A stretch of 64,000 nucleotides of DNA from Candidatus Kapaibacterium sp. (GCA_963665665.1 OY762428.1:2873100-2937099), one strand, 5' to 3'. Counted from the stretch's first letter, positions 8,906 to 19,416 are shown. Translations and numbers: made by a program. The notes: a model not told the origin generated them from the sequence alone.

Positions 8906-11900
8906 CTAAAAAAGCCTTTCCTGTCCGGGCCGTTTATTCAGCTCATCCTTGAAAATCAGATTAGCTTTTCCCGGCCTGAGGTTTTTATCACAAAGCGATT
9001 TATAAATACCGAGAAGGTGTCCGGCATAATACTCGTAATCATAAGGAATGATTATCTGTCGTGATATATCTTCAATACCACCCGGATTATTTGCAAGGCC
9101 GCGAATAATATTGGCCAGTTCCTGCTCTGAATTATGATCATAAAGGAAACCATTTCTGTCATGTTCGATAAAATCAGGAATACCGCCAATTTCGGCACCG
9201 ATTACCGGCAAACCGAGTGACAGCGCCTCGAGTATAACCAGCCCGGCGCCTTCCTCCCAGATACTTGGAACAATCACGGCATCAAGCTCGTTCCCAAGCG
9301 AGGCCATTTCCCGCCTGTGGTAAGGGCCGGTCCATTTAATATTCTCCGAATTATAAAGCTTAAGCAGTTCGTTTTTATATATTTGGGATGCAAAACCGTG
9401 GATGATAAATTCTGTATTTTCAGGATCAACTCGTTTTGCGGCTCCTATAATCTTATGTATTCCTTTGTGTGGTATCACAGTTCCAAAGAAGCCGAACCTT
9501 GCCGGATGGTGTTGTGCTTTCAATTCATTCTTACTGCTTATTAATGCCGACATATTGTCGGGAATTTGGTGTACAACAGCCATTTTGTTCTTGTTTGCGC
9601 CGAATTCGCTAAGCAGTTCTTTCACTCTTGTAGAAATGGCCAAAGTAATATTCAATTTTTCATTTATAAGTTCGCGGGCTTTATCAAATCTCTGTCTGTA
9701 AAGTTCTTCTCTTTCCGGAAATACTTTTGCAAGAGGCGAGTTTGCAAAGAAATCAGTATTTTTCCATTTTCGCATATCATTATTGAACATATAAAGCAGA
9801 GGGTCAATGAAATGATAATTATGCGGAGTATAAACCGTAGGGATGCCCTTTGCTTCGGCAACATCAGCTATTGCAAACGACAATCCGAGAAAATTATGAA
9901 AATGGACTATATCTGGTTCGAACCTTTCGAGTGTGGATTCAAATAAGCTTACAATTTTTTCATCCTTTATCTCGCGTGCCGGATTCAGCTCGTCAGTCAT
10001 ATCCACGGGACGATTATAAACTCCGAAAAGATGTACACCGCTGTCGTTACTCTCCTCGAAAAAATATTGTTCTTTAACTTTCGGATGTTTAAGTCCGGCA
10101 AAAAATACGGCAACGTCATATCCCCTCGCAGCAAAATATCTTGCCAGAGAACGTGGGTGAAGAGTACCGCCCCCGGATTCATTCCATCCGAACATAGTGA
10201 ATAATATAGCCGGATGTTTCTCATTTCTCTTTTTTACTTTTCCCTTCCCTGCCGGGATTATAACAGCCGGATTCGACGGAATTTCATTTTCTTCCGGTTC
10301 TGCTATTGGTATCCCGCTCGGGCCGGTATAAACATCGCTGAATTCCTGTTCGGTTTCAATAGCAATCAGCTCATTGTTTTCAATTACAAATGCCCTGGCT
10401 TTTCTGGATTCCTTAACAACATCGTGAAGCAATAATGAAACAGCAAAATTTATGGGGGCATGGAATTGCCCGGAGGTATTTTGCTGCAAATATTTAATAT
10501 TCTCTGTTGTTTCAGGCAGCGTCATAGAACGTTTCCAAAGTTCCTGAGCCTGTTTTATGTCACCGCTGCAAAAAGAAATTATACCAGCATTATTATAGAA
10601 CATTTTTACCAGACGCGACCTGAAATCAGGTGTAAGCCCCTGTAGGTTTAACGCTTTCTTGAACATATCCAGAGCCATTGGAAAATCCCGGTAAGGCGAT
10701 AGCATACACAGATTCCCAAGATCCCAAAGCGCTGCCGCCAGCGCTGTTTTATCTTCTTTGAACCTGTCCCTTCCGGGATAAATATCTGTCAGTGGTATTT
10801 CTTTTCTGAAACGGGACATAATGTAGCGTAATTCTTTTGCTGTTTTTAAAGCATTATCTTTTCCGCTCAGGCTGTCATCTCGTTTTAGAAACAGGCTTAG
10901 GTTCTCCTTCAGGTGTGCAGCCCCGAATCGATGTGCAATTCTAATAAACAGATCATAATCTCCTGCTACTTCAAGCTCCTCGTCAAAAAGCCCGACTGTC
11001 AGATGCGCCTCCCGCCTCCACATTGGATTTGAACCGAAAAGGCTTGTTGACAAAGCCGTACCGATATTGAAGTCCGGCCAGGCATATTTCAATTTGGCGC
11101 TATTGTTCCCGAAAGTTTCATTCTCTATGTCAGTTATCAGTGAGTCTGCATAAACAAGTCCTAAATCGCTGTTCCTGTCCAATATGTTTGAAAGAACTTC
11201 GAATGCATCATTTCTCAGCCTGTCGTCAGTATTGGTATTTATAAGGTATTTCCCCCTGGCGTATTTTACAGCACGATTCCAGGCAGTGTAAAGCGATTCC
11301 CTTGATTCGGTTCGGATATATTTAATATTCGGGCATCGCGATCGAAATTCCATAACAATTTCTTTTTCATTTTCTTCGGATCCGCTGTCAATAACGATTA
11401 GTTCCGATGAATCAAAGATCGATTGTTCACACAGATTTTCAAGGCAGCCTTTAATAAATTTCTCGGAGTTGTAGGTAGAAATAATTGCGCTAACCTTAAT
11501 CTCATTATCAGGCGGGTTGTCGATAATTTTATCCCTGCTGAATGAAATTTCCTCAACGTCAATATTTTCAAACAATGAATATTCTTTCAGGTCGATCAAT
11601 TTTGGCGAGGAGTGCTTTTTATTCCATTCTTCCCGGTCAGCTGTTAAAATCAGAGGCCTTTCATTTTTGTTATCCAATGTTCTTTTGAACGCTGATTCTA
11701 TCAGGGATTTGGGAATATCTTTCACACAATAGGGTGTCTGATAGAAACATTCCCAGTTGCACGAAAAACACTCCACGGGCGCTGCCGCTATTGTTGTTAG
11801 TCCGGAATAGGGCATAAACCTTCCGAAATGTCCTCCGCCGAGTAATATTGCATTCGGAGTTCCAACAGCGCAGGCTACATGGGCAAGGCCGGTCTCGGCT

Positions 11901-14900
11901 CCGATTGCAGCGCGGCATTTTTTAATAATGGCCGCAGCCTGCAAAATCGTTGTTTTACCTGATAGATTTATAGCCCTTACACCTGCATCATCAATACATT
12001 GCTGATTTATCTTATAATCGCTTTCCGAGCCAAGCGTTATAATCGAAAGCCCGCGTTCTTTACAAATTTGCGATATTGCTTTTCCATATTCCTTGTACAG
12101 CCTTACATCAAACTGCGCTCCGGCAAAAAGAGCTATTGTTTTTTCGGGTGCAAGGCCGTTTTCGGCAAACAGGCTGTCTGTATAATTTATTTCTTCTTTG
12201 TTTAGCCATATTCTTGGCTTTAGTTCCGTTTTTTCTATTCCAAGTCCGGAGAGGAAATCCTGATGCCGTTGTATCTCATTCTTATATTCGCCGGGAGACG
12301 GAATTATTTTAGAATAGCGTCCGTTGTTTTTCAGCAAAACATCATAAGGCATGTTCGAAGTATCGCCTTCAATAGCAACAGTTTCCTTAGCATTGCTGCC
12401 CAGGACCATAGCGTCCCCGTGTTCAGTCCTGGAATACACCGGATGCAAGGCTATATCAGCTTCTAATTCTTTTAGTTTATTTATAAATTCAACCCGGTAG
12501 TTATCGTCGGCCTGGAGCAGCAGCCCGTCAAAGCTGATAACTTCATCAATATAGGGGCATGCTTTATAAAAATCCGTAAGCTTATTATCACACACTGCGA
12601 TTATATCATGATCGCCGAATTTTGCTCTGAATTCCGGGAGCATGGAAGCAGAAAGCACTGCGTCCCCTATCGAATCCGGCCTTATATAAAGTAATCTATT
12701 CTTTTTTTTTGATCCTTTGTCTCCGTACTCAGGATTGAATTTTGCAATACAAAAGCCAAATTTTTCCTTCGAATCAACAATAATCTCAAATCTCGGGTCG
12801 CTTTTCATTTCAAGGAAGCTCTTATGATGCTTGATATGATATATATCGTCAAGAGCTATATAGCATGGTCCTTCAAGCAACTGAATCAGATATTGGAATT
12901 CCACGTACCCGATGTGTCCGGCGCTGTCAAGCAGGACAAAATCAGGTTTGTTTTGGAATTGTGCCAGGCTTTTGCCGAGAATATCGTCCGGAACGTCGCT
13001 GAAATTTGTTTCACGATAATAATTCATCGCCCTTTCGTGTTCTTTGTGGTCAACGAAAATATCTTCGAATTCAATATTTTCAACTGTCCGGTCTTTGATT
13101 TCCTGCATTGTTGGCAGCATTCTTCGCGGTACTGATAAACCGTGAAGCAATTTTACATTCTCAATCAGCCCGTTGTTCTGAAGATTGAAATAAGCATGGC
13201 GAATATGCAGTGGGTTTACTTCAATTGAAAGAAACGCTGCATTTTCGATACCAATCCTTTTAATCGATCCGGCAATAATCGTTGTGGTTCCTGTTCCGAG
13301 ATAAGTGCCGGTTTCAATTATCTTCTTCGGCCTGATTTCCTTGAACAGCGAATGGATTGCCGAACCGAATTCCGATTCCTTTCCTACTGCCGTCAGGTCC
13401 TTTTCAACTTCATCCTGGCCTGCAATTTTTACTTTAGGTTTTTCCTGTTTCTGCAAAGTATCGTTTGCTTCATATTTATTCCCAAGAATTTCATCGGGCA
13501 GCATGTTTTTAAGGAAAATTGCCGTACCATTGTCCTGGCTTGAATTAATTATCAGTTTTAGTTCCGGAAATTCTTCAAGGAACTGATGGGCAGTGTCAAG
13601 AAGGTAGCCGTGCGAAGGATGTATAATATCATCGAAAATTATGGCGCCCTTTTCATTCAAAAGCTCATACGCGTCGCGAAGGTCTTCCAAAGCGCCCTCA
13701 GCGCTGTGGTCTCCGTCAACATTTATCAGGTCAAATTTCAGCCCTTCATCTTTAAATTTTTTCAGAACCAGGTGGCTGTTTCCCTGTATCATCTTCAGGT
13801 TTGTTTTCGAGTTTGTTTTCGAGAAAAATCCTTCAATCTGCTTTTTCGTGAATTCCATGGTATTTGGCATACCGGCGTACTGCCCCGACCACATATCAAG
13901 GGCGTAAGCGGTTTCAATATTTACGCCGTTCAGCGCCTGAACGAAAGATCCGCCGGTTCTTACTCCGATTTCAAGATAAGATTCCGGTTTCAAAATTCTT
14001 GTAAGGTATGCCAGGCCGACATGTACATTCCAGAATTTTACGCCGTCCCTGATATTTTCCCTGATAGTATCTCTTCTTCTAAGCAGCGGTTCATCAAGCT
14101 CGATATAGTCCCAGGCGTCCAGAGCTGCCTGCTGATACTTAGCCGAACCAATTACTTCAATAGCAAGCTTTTCATCAGTTTTTTTTGTTTCTATATTACT
14201 ATTCTGTGGCTCATCAACAGAATTGAAATTTTTAATAAAATCAAGCATTACTTCCGGATGGGAGCCGTCGAATATTCTTGTGTAGGAGTTTTTATCGCCC
14301 GTCCAGGGGCCGTATTCTTTTTCCAGTTCAGCCCTGTTTTCAGGAGTCCACTTCATGTAGAAATCATTCATCCACTTATCAAGGTCAGTTGCCCAAAGTT
14401 TATCCCAGCCATATTGTTTATAAAGAGAAATTTTCTGCTGAACCTGGTTTTTGGTTACATAACTATAATGGCAGGGGATAATTCCCAACTCCCTTGTTTC
14501 GCTGCCGTCAATAATTTTCCCGTCTTCGGTGGTTCTTCCGTTCGGGAGAAGCATTTTTGGCGGCCGGTGATCGATGAATTTTGCGCCGGGTTCAAATTTG
14601 AATATTCTCCTGTATTGTGCACCAGGATCTCTGAACCGGGGCGATTCGAATATATAATCAAATCCTTTCCAGAAATTATCAGGTATGAAATTAACCTGGC
14701 TGATATCCGGATTTTCATGCAGCAGTTCCAGAATCTTTTCAAGGTCAGATTTCCTGTAAACTTCATCTGAATCAACTAAGAAAATATAATTTCCGCTCGC
14801 TGATTCCAGAGCTTTGTTCTGCATTTGCATTTTCTCGGGCCAGCTTCCCCTTATTAGTTGAATTTTGGAATCCGGGTCATCAAAATTTTCGAGCAATTCA

Positions 14901-17431
14901 ACAGTTCCGTCAACCGAAGCCCCCTGGGGATCGGCAAAATCCATACAGTTTTCAACAGCGCCTTCAACAATGATTATTTCATGTGCAATGTTATAAACAG
15001 ATTTCAGGGCATATTCAACAAAAGGCATTCCGTTTAATACTATCATAACAACAGAAAGCCTGACATCCCTCAAAGTTTCCTCTTCAGTGATTTCACGGCT
15101 TTTAATAAATTCCATAACCCTGTCCAGGGCGGTATTTATTTCAACATCATCAGGATTATCAAGCAATGAATAAGTGAGTAATCTTTCTGCGTCCTTCGGA
15201 TAGCCTTCATTCATCAGCCTTTCACCTTCCCGTATCAGCATCTGCTTCTCTTCGCTGTCGGTATCGGCTGATTTTACCAGGTCAACAACAATAGACATAG
15301 GGCGGTAAGGATTTTTAACCCTGTCGTCATGGTCGGGTGTTCTTAGAATATATCCTTTTGAATAATCAATATTTTTTGTGATAAATGTTCCGTCAGGAAG
15401 GTATGAATGCAGAAATTCTATACTTCCTTCGCGGCCAAACATTGTTTTCTTCAGGATTGGTTCAAGGGTCTCATAAAGCGGGAACCACTTATAGCCCGGA
15501 TTTTCCTTTGTACCTCCGCCGGCAGGATCGAATATAATATTCCCATTCTCATCCTTTTCGCAACGATCAATGATAAGCTGGCATCTATAGTCCGGAACAG
15601 AAATTCTTAGCACTCCGCCGGGTTTAAGAACACGCCAGATTTCATTGATAACGGGATGCAAAGCCTGGTAGTCAAGCCGTCCGAAAATATCCTCAGCAAG
15701 ATACAGATCAACTGATCTGTCTTCAAGAGGCATTGAGTTTGTAATATCATGAAGTATATGTCTTGGGTCAGATTTATGTTCGGAAAGCCCGATCAGTCCC
15801 TGATAATTATCATCATCGGGAATATCTCCTGCATAAAGTTTGATTTCCGGTTCAAAAATAATATCGTCGAATGTAAGTTTTTTATCAACTTCTGTTTCAT
15901 GATCTTCTGTTGCGTTTATTTCGGGCAAGTTATCAATTTCTGTTTCAGCAGGTTGCGACAAATATTCAGAATAATTATTATACACATTGATAAGAATATT
16001 TTCCGGGAGTTCTGATTCCAACTCTGCGCTGATTCTCCTGAGTAAATCAATATCGTCTGACAGGAAAAAGAGTTGAATGTTTTTGCCTTCAAGCTGCATA
16101 TCCGGATTTTCAATAATCAATATGGCCATACCTGCCGGAATTCCTTTGTGATACTGAATCCTCTGGGCATCATGAAGAGCCAGCAGCCCGCCTTCTTTCA
16201 TCAGGATTGAACCAATTTTAAGGCATTCAGCCCTTGCCCTGCCGTCAACGATAACCATATCGAATCGTTTATTCAAACTTACCGGGTGAAAAATATAATC
16301 TCTGAACGATTCTGCATCGCCGTCTGTTCCGTATGGAAATTCCATATTATTAGGTACATGATTCAGTTGTACGTTTTGCAGCCCGAATTTTTTAAGCTTT
16401 TCAGCAACTTCTTCATACCATTTTTCGTCATGTTCAATGCAATGCCATACGCTGCCGGGCGGTATCAACCTGCTATAATAAATTGTACTTGTGCCCGAAC
16501 CCCATTCTAGAACATCAACCGGTAATTTGAAACGATCCAGGACATGCTCGAAAGCCTTTATCTCGTGTTCTTTCATAAATGGGAGCGGTATTTCAGAATT
16601 GTCAACAATTTGTATATTATTTATATCGGGTATATCAGGAGTTTCAATTTTATCAGTTTTAATTTCCACTTTGCAATATTCATCAATATACTTTTCCAGG
16701 CTTTCCTGAGAATCGAAAAGTGCCTGAACAGCTATTGAACTTCCAAGAACAAGGTTTTGCCGGCCAGTTTCATCCGGCAAATCAGACATGAAGTATTGTA
16801 CTCTGTCAGGTTTTGAAGCGGGATCAACATTGAACTTGGAAAAGTCCTTTCCAAACCAGCAGAATATTGGTGGAAGCTGGTCTCCAAATGGCGGTTTAAC
16901 AGGGGCAAAATTGTATTTTTCGCCATTACCGCTATTAATATCTGTAATAATTTGTGAATGAATTTCATCCCGGCTCTCATTACCGGTAAAAATTCCTTTA
17001 TTTTTTAGAATATCTAATGATTGCTCTGAATTAAGCGTATTAGCTGATACCAGTAATGGTTCAGGATTTTTTATCCTGTATTCAATAAGCGATTTAATGC
17101 TATCTGCATCGAGATAACAAATATCTGCATTTATTTGAATATATATAGTCTTAGCGTCCCGGCAGTATGAATAAAATTCCGACAGGGTTTTCTCACCCTC
17201 TGGTTTCACGCTTAGCCTTACTAATTTAATAAATTCCTTTTTTTCCCTTGCCAAAGCAATCATTGAAGAAATATAGTTTTTATTCTCTGTATTAACCCAA
17301 ATATGCCACTGGTCAATAATACCGCATTTCTCTATCCCCTTATATATAATACTGAGCAATCCTCTGTCATCAGAAGGTGTTATTGCAATTATTCTGTATT
17401 TTTCTATCATTTCCCGACCTGCTATATTCAT
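8906..17431 (-). CDS. giant multidomain glycosyltransferase/methyltransferase fusion protein (2841 aa)
   Basis: An uninterrupted 8.5-kb ORF in AT-rich DNA. By-eye motifs: GT2 (LSVVMIVLNGMPF..FLVDSDE; VSAIISTYNSEKFI..DSGSEENE), GT9 heptosyltransferase-like (LLYIRPDSIGDAV..GAETGLAHVACAVGTP), GT4 (EEGAGLVILEALSLGLPVIG), and class I MTases (VLEWGSGTSTIYY; WRVLKPGGVLRISVPD; YLEIGVRTGGS..VDGDHS; IIETGTYLGTGT). Confidence 0.85.
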   Translation of the reverse strand: MNIAGREMIEKYRIIAITPSDDRGLLSIIYKGIEKCGIIDQWHIWVNTENKNYISSMIALAREKKEFIKLVRLSVKPEGEKTLSEFYSYCRDAKTIYIQINADICYLDADSIKSLIEYRIKNPEPLLVSANTLNSEQSLDILKNKGIFTGNESRDEIHSQIITDINSGNGEKYNFAPVKPPFGDQLPPIFCWFGKDFSKFNVDPASKPDRVQYFMSDLPDETGRQNLVLGSSIAVQALFDSQESLEKYIDEYCKVEIKTDKIETPDIPDINNIQIVDNSEIPLPFMKEHEIKAFEHVLDRFKLPVDVLEWGSGTSTIYYSRLIPPGSVWHCIEHDEKWYEEVAEKLKKFGLQNVQLNHVPNNMEFPYGTDGDAESFRDYIFHPVSLNKRFDMVIVDGRARAECLKIGSILMKEGGLLALHDAQRIQYHKGIPAGMAILIIENPDMQLEGKNIQLFFLSDDIDLLRRISAELESELPENILINVYNNYSEYLSQPAETEIDNLPEINATEDHETEVDKKLTFDDIIFEPEIKLYAGDIPDDDNYQGLIGLSEHKSDPRHILHDITNSMPLEDRSVDLYLAEDIFGRLDYQALHPVINEIWRVLKPGGVLRISVPDYRCQLIIDRCEKDENGNIIFDPAGGGTKENPGYKWFPLYETLEPILKKTMFGREGSIEFLHSYLPDGTFITKNIDYSKGYILRTPDHDDRVKNPYRPMSIVVDLVKSADTDSEEKQMLIREGERLMNEGYPKDAERLLTYSLLDNPDDVEINTALDRVMEFIKSREITEEETLRDVRLSVVMIVLNGMPFVEYALKSVYNIAHEIIIVEGAVENCMDFADPQGASVDGTVELLENFDDPDSKIQLIRGSWPEKMQMQNKALESASGNYIFLVDSDEVYRKSDLEKILELLHENPDISQVNFIPDNFWKGFDYIFESPRFRDPGAQYRRIFKFEPGAKFIDHRPPKMLLPNGRTTEDGKIIDGSETRELGIIPCHYSYVTKNQVQQKISLYKQYGWDKLWATDLDKWMNDFYMKWTPENRAELEKEYGPWTGDKNSYTRIFDGSHPEVMLDFIKNFNSVDEPQNSNIETKKTDEKLAIEVIGSAKYQQAALDAWDYIELDEPLLRRRDTIRENIRDGVKFWNVHVGLAYLTRILKPESYLEIGVRTGGSFVQALNGVNIETAYALDMWSGQYAGMPNTMEFTKKQIEGFFSKTNSKTNLKMIQGNSHLVLKKFKDEGLKFDLINVDGDHSAEGALEDLRDAYELLNEKGAIIFDDIIHPSHGYLLDTAHQFLEEFPELKLIINSSQDNGTAIFLKNMLPDEILGNKYEANDTLQKQEKPKVKIAGQDEVEKDLTAVGKESEFGSAIHSLFKEIRPKKIIETGTYLGTGTTTIIAGSIKRIGIENAAFLSIEVNPLHIRHAYFNLQNNGLIENVKLLHGLSVPRRMLPTMQEIKDRTVENIEFEDIFVDHKEHERAMNYYRETNFSDVPDDILGKSLAQFQNKPDFVLLDSAGHIGYVEFQYLIQLLEGPCYIALDDIYHIKHHKSFLEMKSDPRFEIIVDSKEKFGFCIAKFNPEYGDKGSKKKNRLLYIRPDSIGDAVLSASMLPEFRAKFGDHDIIAVCDNKLTDFYKACPYIDEVISFDGLLLQADDNYRVEFINKLKELEADIALHPVYSRTEHGDAMVLGSNAKETVAIEGDTSNMPYDVLLKNNGRYSKIIPSPGEYKNEIQRHQDFLSGLGIEKTELKPRIWLNKEEINYTDSLFAENGLAPEKTIALFAGAQFDVRLYKEYGKAISQICKERGLSIITLGSESDYKINQQCIDDAGVRAINLSGKTTILQAAAIIKKCRAAIGAETGLAHVACAVGTPNAILLGGGHFGRFMPYSGLTTIAAAPVECFSCNWECFYQTPYCVKDIPKSLIESAFKRTLDNKNERPLILTADREEWNKKHSSPKLIDLKEYSLFENIDVEEISFSRDKIIDNPPDNEIKVSAIISTYNSEKFIKGCLENLCEQSIFDSSELIVIDSGSEENEKEIVMEFRSRCPNIKYIRTESRESLYTAWNRAVKYARGKYLINTNTDDRLRNDAFEVLSNILDRNSDLGLVYADSLITDIENETFGNNSAKLKYAWPDFNIGTALSTSLFGSNPMWRREAHLTVGLFDEELEVAGDYDLFIRIAHRFGAAHLKENLSLFLKRDDSLSGKDNALKTAKELRYIMSRFRKEIPLTDIYPGRDRFKEDKTALAAALWDLGNLCMLSPYRDFPMALDMFKKALNLQGLTPDFRSRLVKMFYNNAGIISFCSGDIKQAQELWKRSMTLPETTENIKYLQQNTSGQFHAPINFAVSLLLHDVVKESRKARAFVIENNELIAIETEQEFSDVYTGPSGIPIAEPEENEIPSNPAVIIPAGKGKVKKRNEKHPAILFTMFGWNESGGGTLHPRSLARYFAARGYDVAVFFAGLKHPKVKEQYFFEESNDSGVHLFGVYNRPVDMTDELNPAREIKDEKIVSLFESTLERFEPDIVHFHNFLGLSFAIADVAEAKGIPTVYTPHNYHFIDPLLYMFNNDMRKWKNTDFFANSPLAKVFPEREELYRQRFDKARELINEKLNITLAISTRVKELLSEFGANKNKMAVVHQIPDNMSALISSKNELKAQHHPARFGFFGTVIPHKGIHKIIGAAKRVDPENTEFIIHGFASQIYKNELLKLYNSENIKWTGPYHRREMASLGNELDAVIVPSIWEEGAGLVILEALSLGLPVIGAEIGGIPDFIEHDRNGFLYDHNSEQELANIIRGLANNPGGIEDISRQIIIPYDYEYYAGHLLGIYKSLCDKNLRPGKANLIFKDELNKRPGQERLF

Positions 17432-17562
17432 TATGGTTTAAAATAGCAAAAGGGTAAATAACAGCAAAATCATTGCCAAACTAAATAAAGGATAGTTTTC
17501 AACATTTAGAGGTTAGTGGAATATTATTTTGAAACGGATAATTCAAGTACCAAAACAATATT

Positions 17563-17595
17563 AAAAAAGCCCCTTCAATTTTGAATCAAAGGGGC
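17563..17595 (-). terminator. intrinsic-terminator-like hairpin with no annotated gene upstream
   Basis: The minus strand reads GCCCCTT-loop-AAGGGGC followed by TTTTTT. It lies about 135 nt upstream of the giant ORF start. Confidence 0.45.
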
Positions 17596-17733
17596 CGGCT
17601 TATAATTAATATCAAAAATCCTGATCCGCGAGGGAAAATTAATAAGTTATAGAAACAAGCCGCAAATTAGTATGTTGTTTATATTAATGAAATTTGCCAT
17701 ATCAATTTATCTAAACTATGAAATATTATCATG

Positions 17734-17826
17734 CCTGACCTCACCAAACCCTTCCGAAGGAGGGGCTTACTGCAAAGCCCTCCCCTTCGGGAAGGCGTGG
17801 CCCCTTACGAGGGTTAGGAGGGGTCG
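17734..17826. repeat. GC-rich imperfect palindromic element (REP-like or structured RNA)
   Basis: cctgacctcaccaaaCCCTTCCGAAGGAGGGGCTTactgcAAGCCCTCCCCTTCGGGAAGGcgtggccccttacgagggttaggaggggtcg. Nested complementary arms inside an otherwise AT-rich 543-bp spacer. Confidence 0.5.
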
Positions 17827-17998
17827 TAAACTGAATTGAAACAATCAAAACTGTAACATTAAAAATTACGTGGATTCCGGATGTCTGATTTTAATAATGA
17901 GAATTTAAACAGTATATCTATAAAAAAAGTCAGGTATTTGTATACCTTATTTATTATCTTAGCTTAATAAAGTATTGCTAATATCGGAGGGAGTAAAC

Positions 17999-19300
17999 AT
18001 GTTTCGACTGATAATTATTACAGCGATATTAATTTTTGCACCTTTGCAGGGAAGCAATTTACTGATTTCGCGAACTTCAGGTGCTGACATATATATTATT
18101 GAAATAGATGGCGGGATAGGCCCCGCAACGGCTTCCTATATCGGGAATAATCTGGAGAAAGCCGCTGATGATAAAGTGGAAGCTCTGATTATCAGGCTGA
18201 ATACTCCGGGTGGCCTGCTGGAATCCACAAGAGATATTGTAAGTTCAATACTTGAATCTCCCGTTCCGGTTATTGTGTTTGTTGGTCCCGGTGGTGCCCG
18301 TGCCGGGTCGGCAGGAGTATTTATCACTCTGGCAGCAAATATTGCCGTAATGGCTCCGGGAACTAATATCGGAGCTGCTCATCCGGTGGGTATTGGCGGA
18401 GAATCCGATTCAAGCGCTATGTTCGATAAAGTTACTAATGATGCTTCGGCTTTTATCAGGTCCATTGCCCAGAAACGCGGCAGGAATGAAGAATGGGCCG
18501 AACTCGCGGTAAGGGAATCAATATCTGCAACTGAAAATGAAGCCCTGGAATCTGAAGTTATTGATTATGTGACGGATGATATTGAATCAGTAATTTCAGT
18601 TATTGATGGCGATACGGTGGATTGTGCAGGTAAGCAAATAGTTCTGAAAACGAAAAATGCAAATCTTGTTTTTATCGAAAAGAACTGGCGCGAGAAAATG
18701 CTGGATGTTCTCAGCAATCCGAATTTCGCATATATTTTTATGATGCTTGCTATTTATGGGATATTGTTCGAACTGTATAATCCCGGTGCAATTTTTCCGG
18801 GCGTTATAGGAGGAATTTCAGCAGTTCTGGCAGCTTACAGCCTGCAAATGCTTCCCGTTAATTATGCCGGGCTTGGGCTGATAATGCTCTCGGTGATACT
18901 TTTTATTATCGAGATTAAAGTGCAAAGCTATGGTATGCTGACTGTGGGTGGTGTTTTGTCCCTGCTTCTTGGTTCTATTATGCTAATCGATTCGCCATTT
19001 GAATTCATGGAAATATCATTAACTGTAATTATTACAGCGGTGGTGCTTACAACTGCTTTCTTTTCAGTTGTTATTGCGCTCGGGCTGAAAGCACAGCAGG
19101 CAAAGAAAACAGGGGGGAGCGATGGTATAGCAGGAGAAAAAGGTGTGGCAATACAGAATATCAGCCCGGGTATCAAGGGCAAAGTAAAAGTTCACGGAGA
19201 GATTTGGCAGGCGGAATCCAAAGAATCAATTATAAGTGGCGACAGGATAGTTGTAAAAGATGCAATTGGATTTGTGCTTAAAGTGATTAAGGACAAGTAA
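17999..19300 (+). CDS. NfeD-family membrane-bound ClpP-class serine protease
   Basis: IEIDGGIGPATASYI..LNTPGGLLESTRDIV..GARAGSAGVFITLAANIAVMAPGTNIGAAHPV, then TM helices and a C-terminal OB-like domain. ATG at 17999 is preceded by GGAGGGA; the track start at 17975 is TTG. Confidence 0.85.
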   Translation: MFRLIIITAILIFAPLQGSNLLISRTSGADIYIIEIDGGIGPATASYIGNNLEKAADDKVEALIIRLNTPGGLLESTRDIVSSILESPVPVIVFVGPGGARAGSAGVFITLAANIAVMAPGTNIGAAHPVGIGGESDSSAMFDKVTNDASAFIRSIAQKRGRNEEWAELAVRESISATENEALESEVIDYVTDDIESVISVIDGDTVDCAGKQIVLKTKNANLVFIEKNWREKMLDVLSNPNFAYIFMMLAIYGILFELYNPGAIFPGVIGGISAVLAAYSLQMLPVNYAGLGLIMLSVILFIIEIKVQSYGMLTVGGVLSLLLGSIMLIDSPFEFMEISLTVIITAVVLTTAFFSVVIALGLKAQQAKKTGGSDGIAGEKGVAIQNISPGIKGKVKVHGEIWQAESKESIISGDRIVVKDAIGFVLKVIKDK

Positions 19301-19416
19301 CAGCAGGAATTTCAGTTTGCTTTCATTTTGTGTTTAAAATATAATGCTATTTGCTTTTACGGAAATTGGTGGATATTTGATTTATATGTTTTCTGTCAAT
19401 ATATTATTGTCTTTTT

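Noticed and set aside
13586-14770. A 394-aa plus-strand ORF, and many other 60-130-aa ORFs, antisense to the giant 8906..17431 gene.
   Set aside because: They lie entirely inside a motif-rich 2841-aa ORF on the other strand. Their translations are low-complexity and motif-free. Long shadow ORFs are expected opposite a long coding region.
17999-19300. NfeD protease lacking the usual adjacent SPFH/stomatin partner gene.
   Set aside because: The absence is real in this window, but partner genes can lie elsewhere. That alone does not make it noteworthy.
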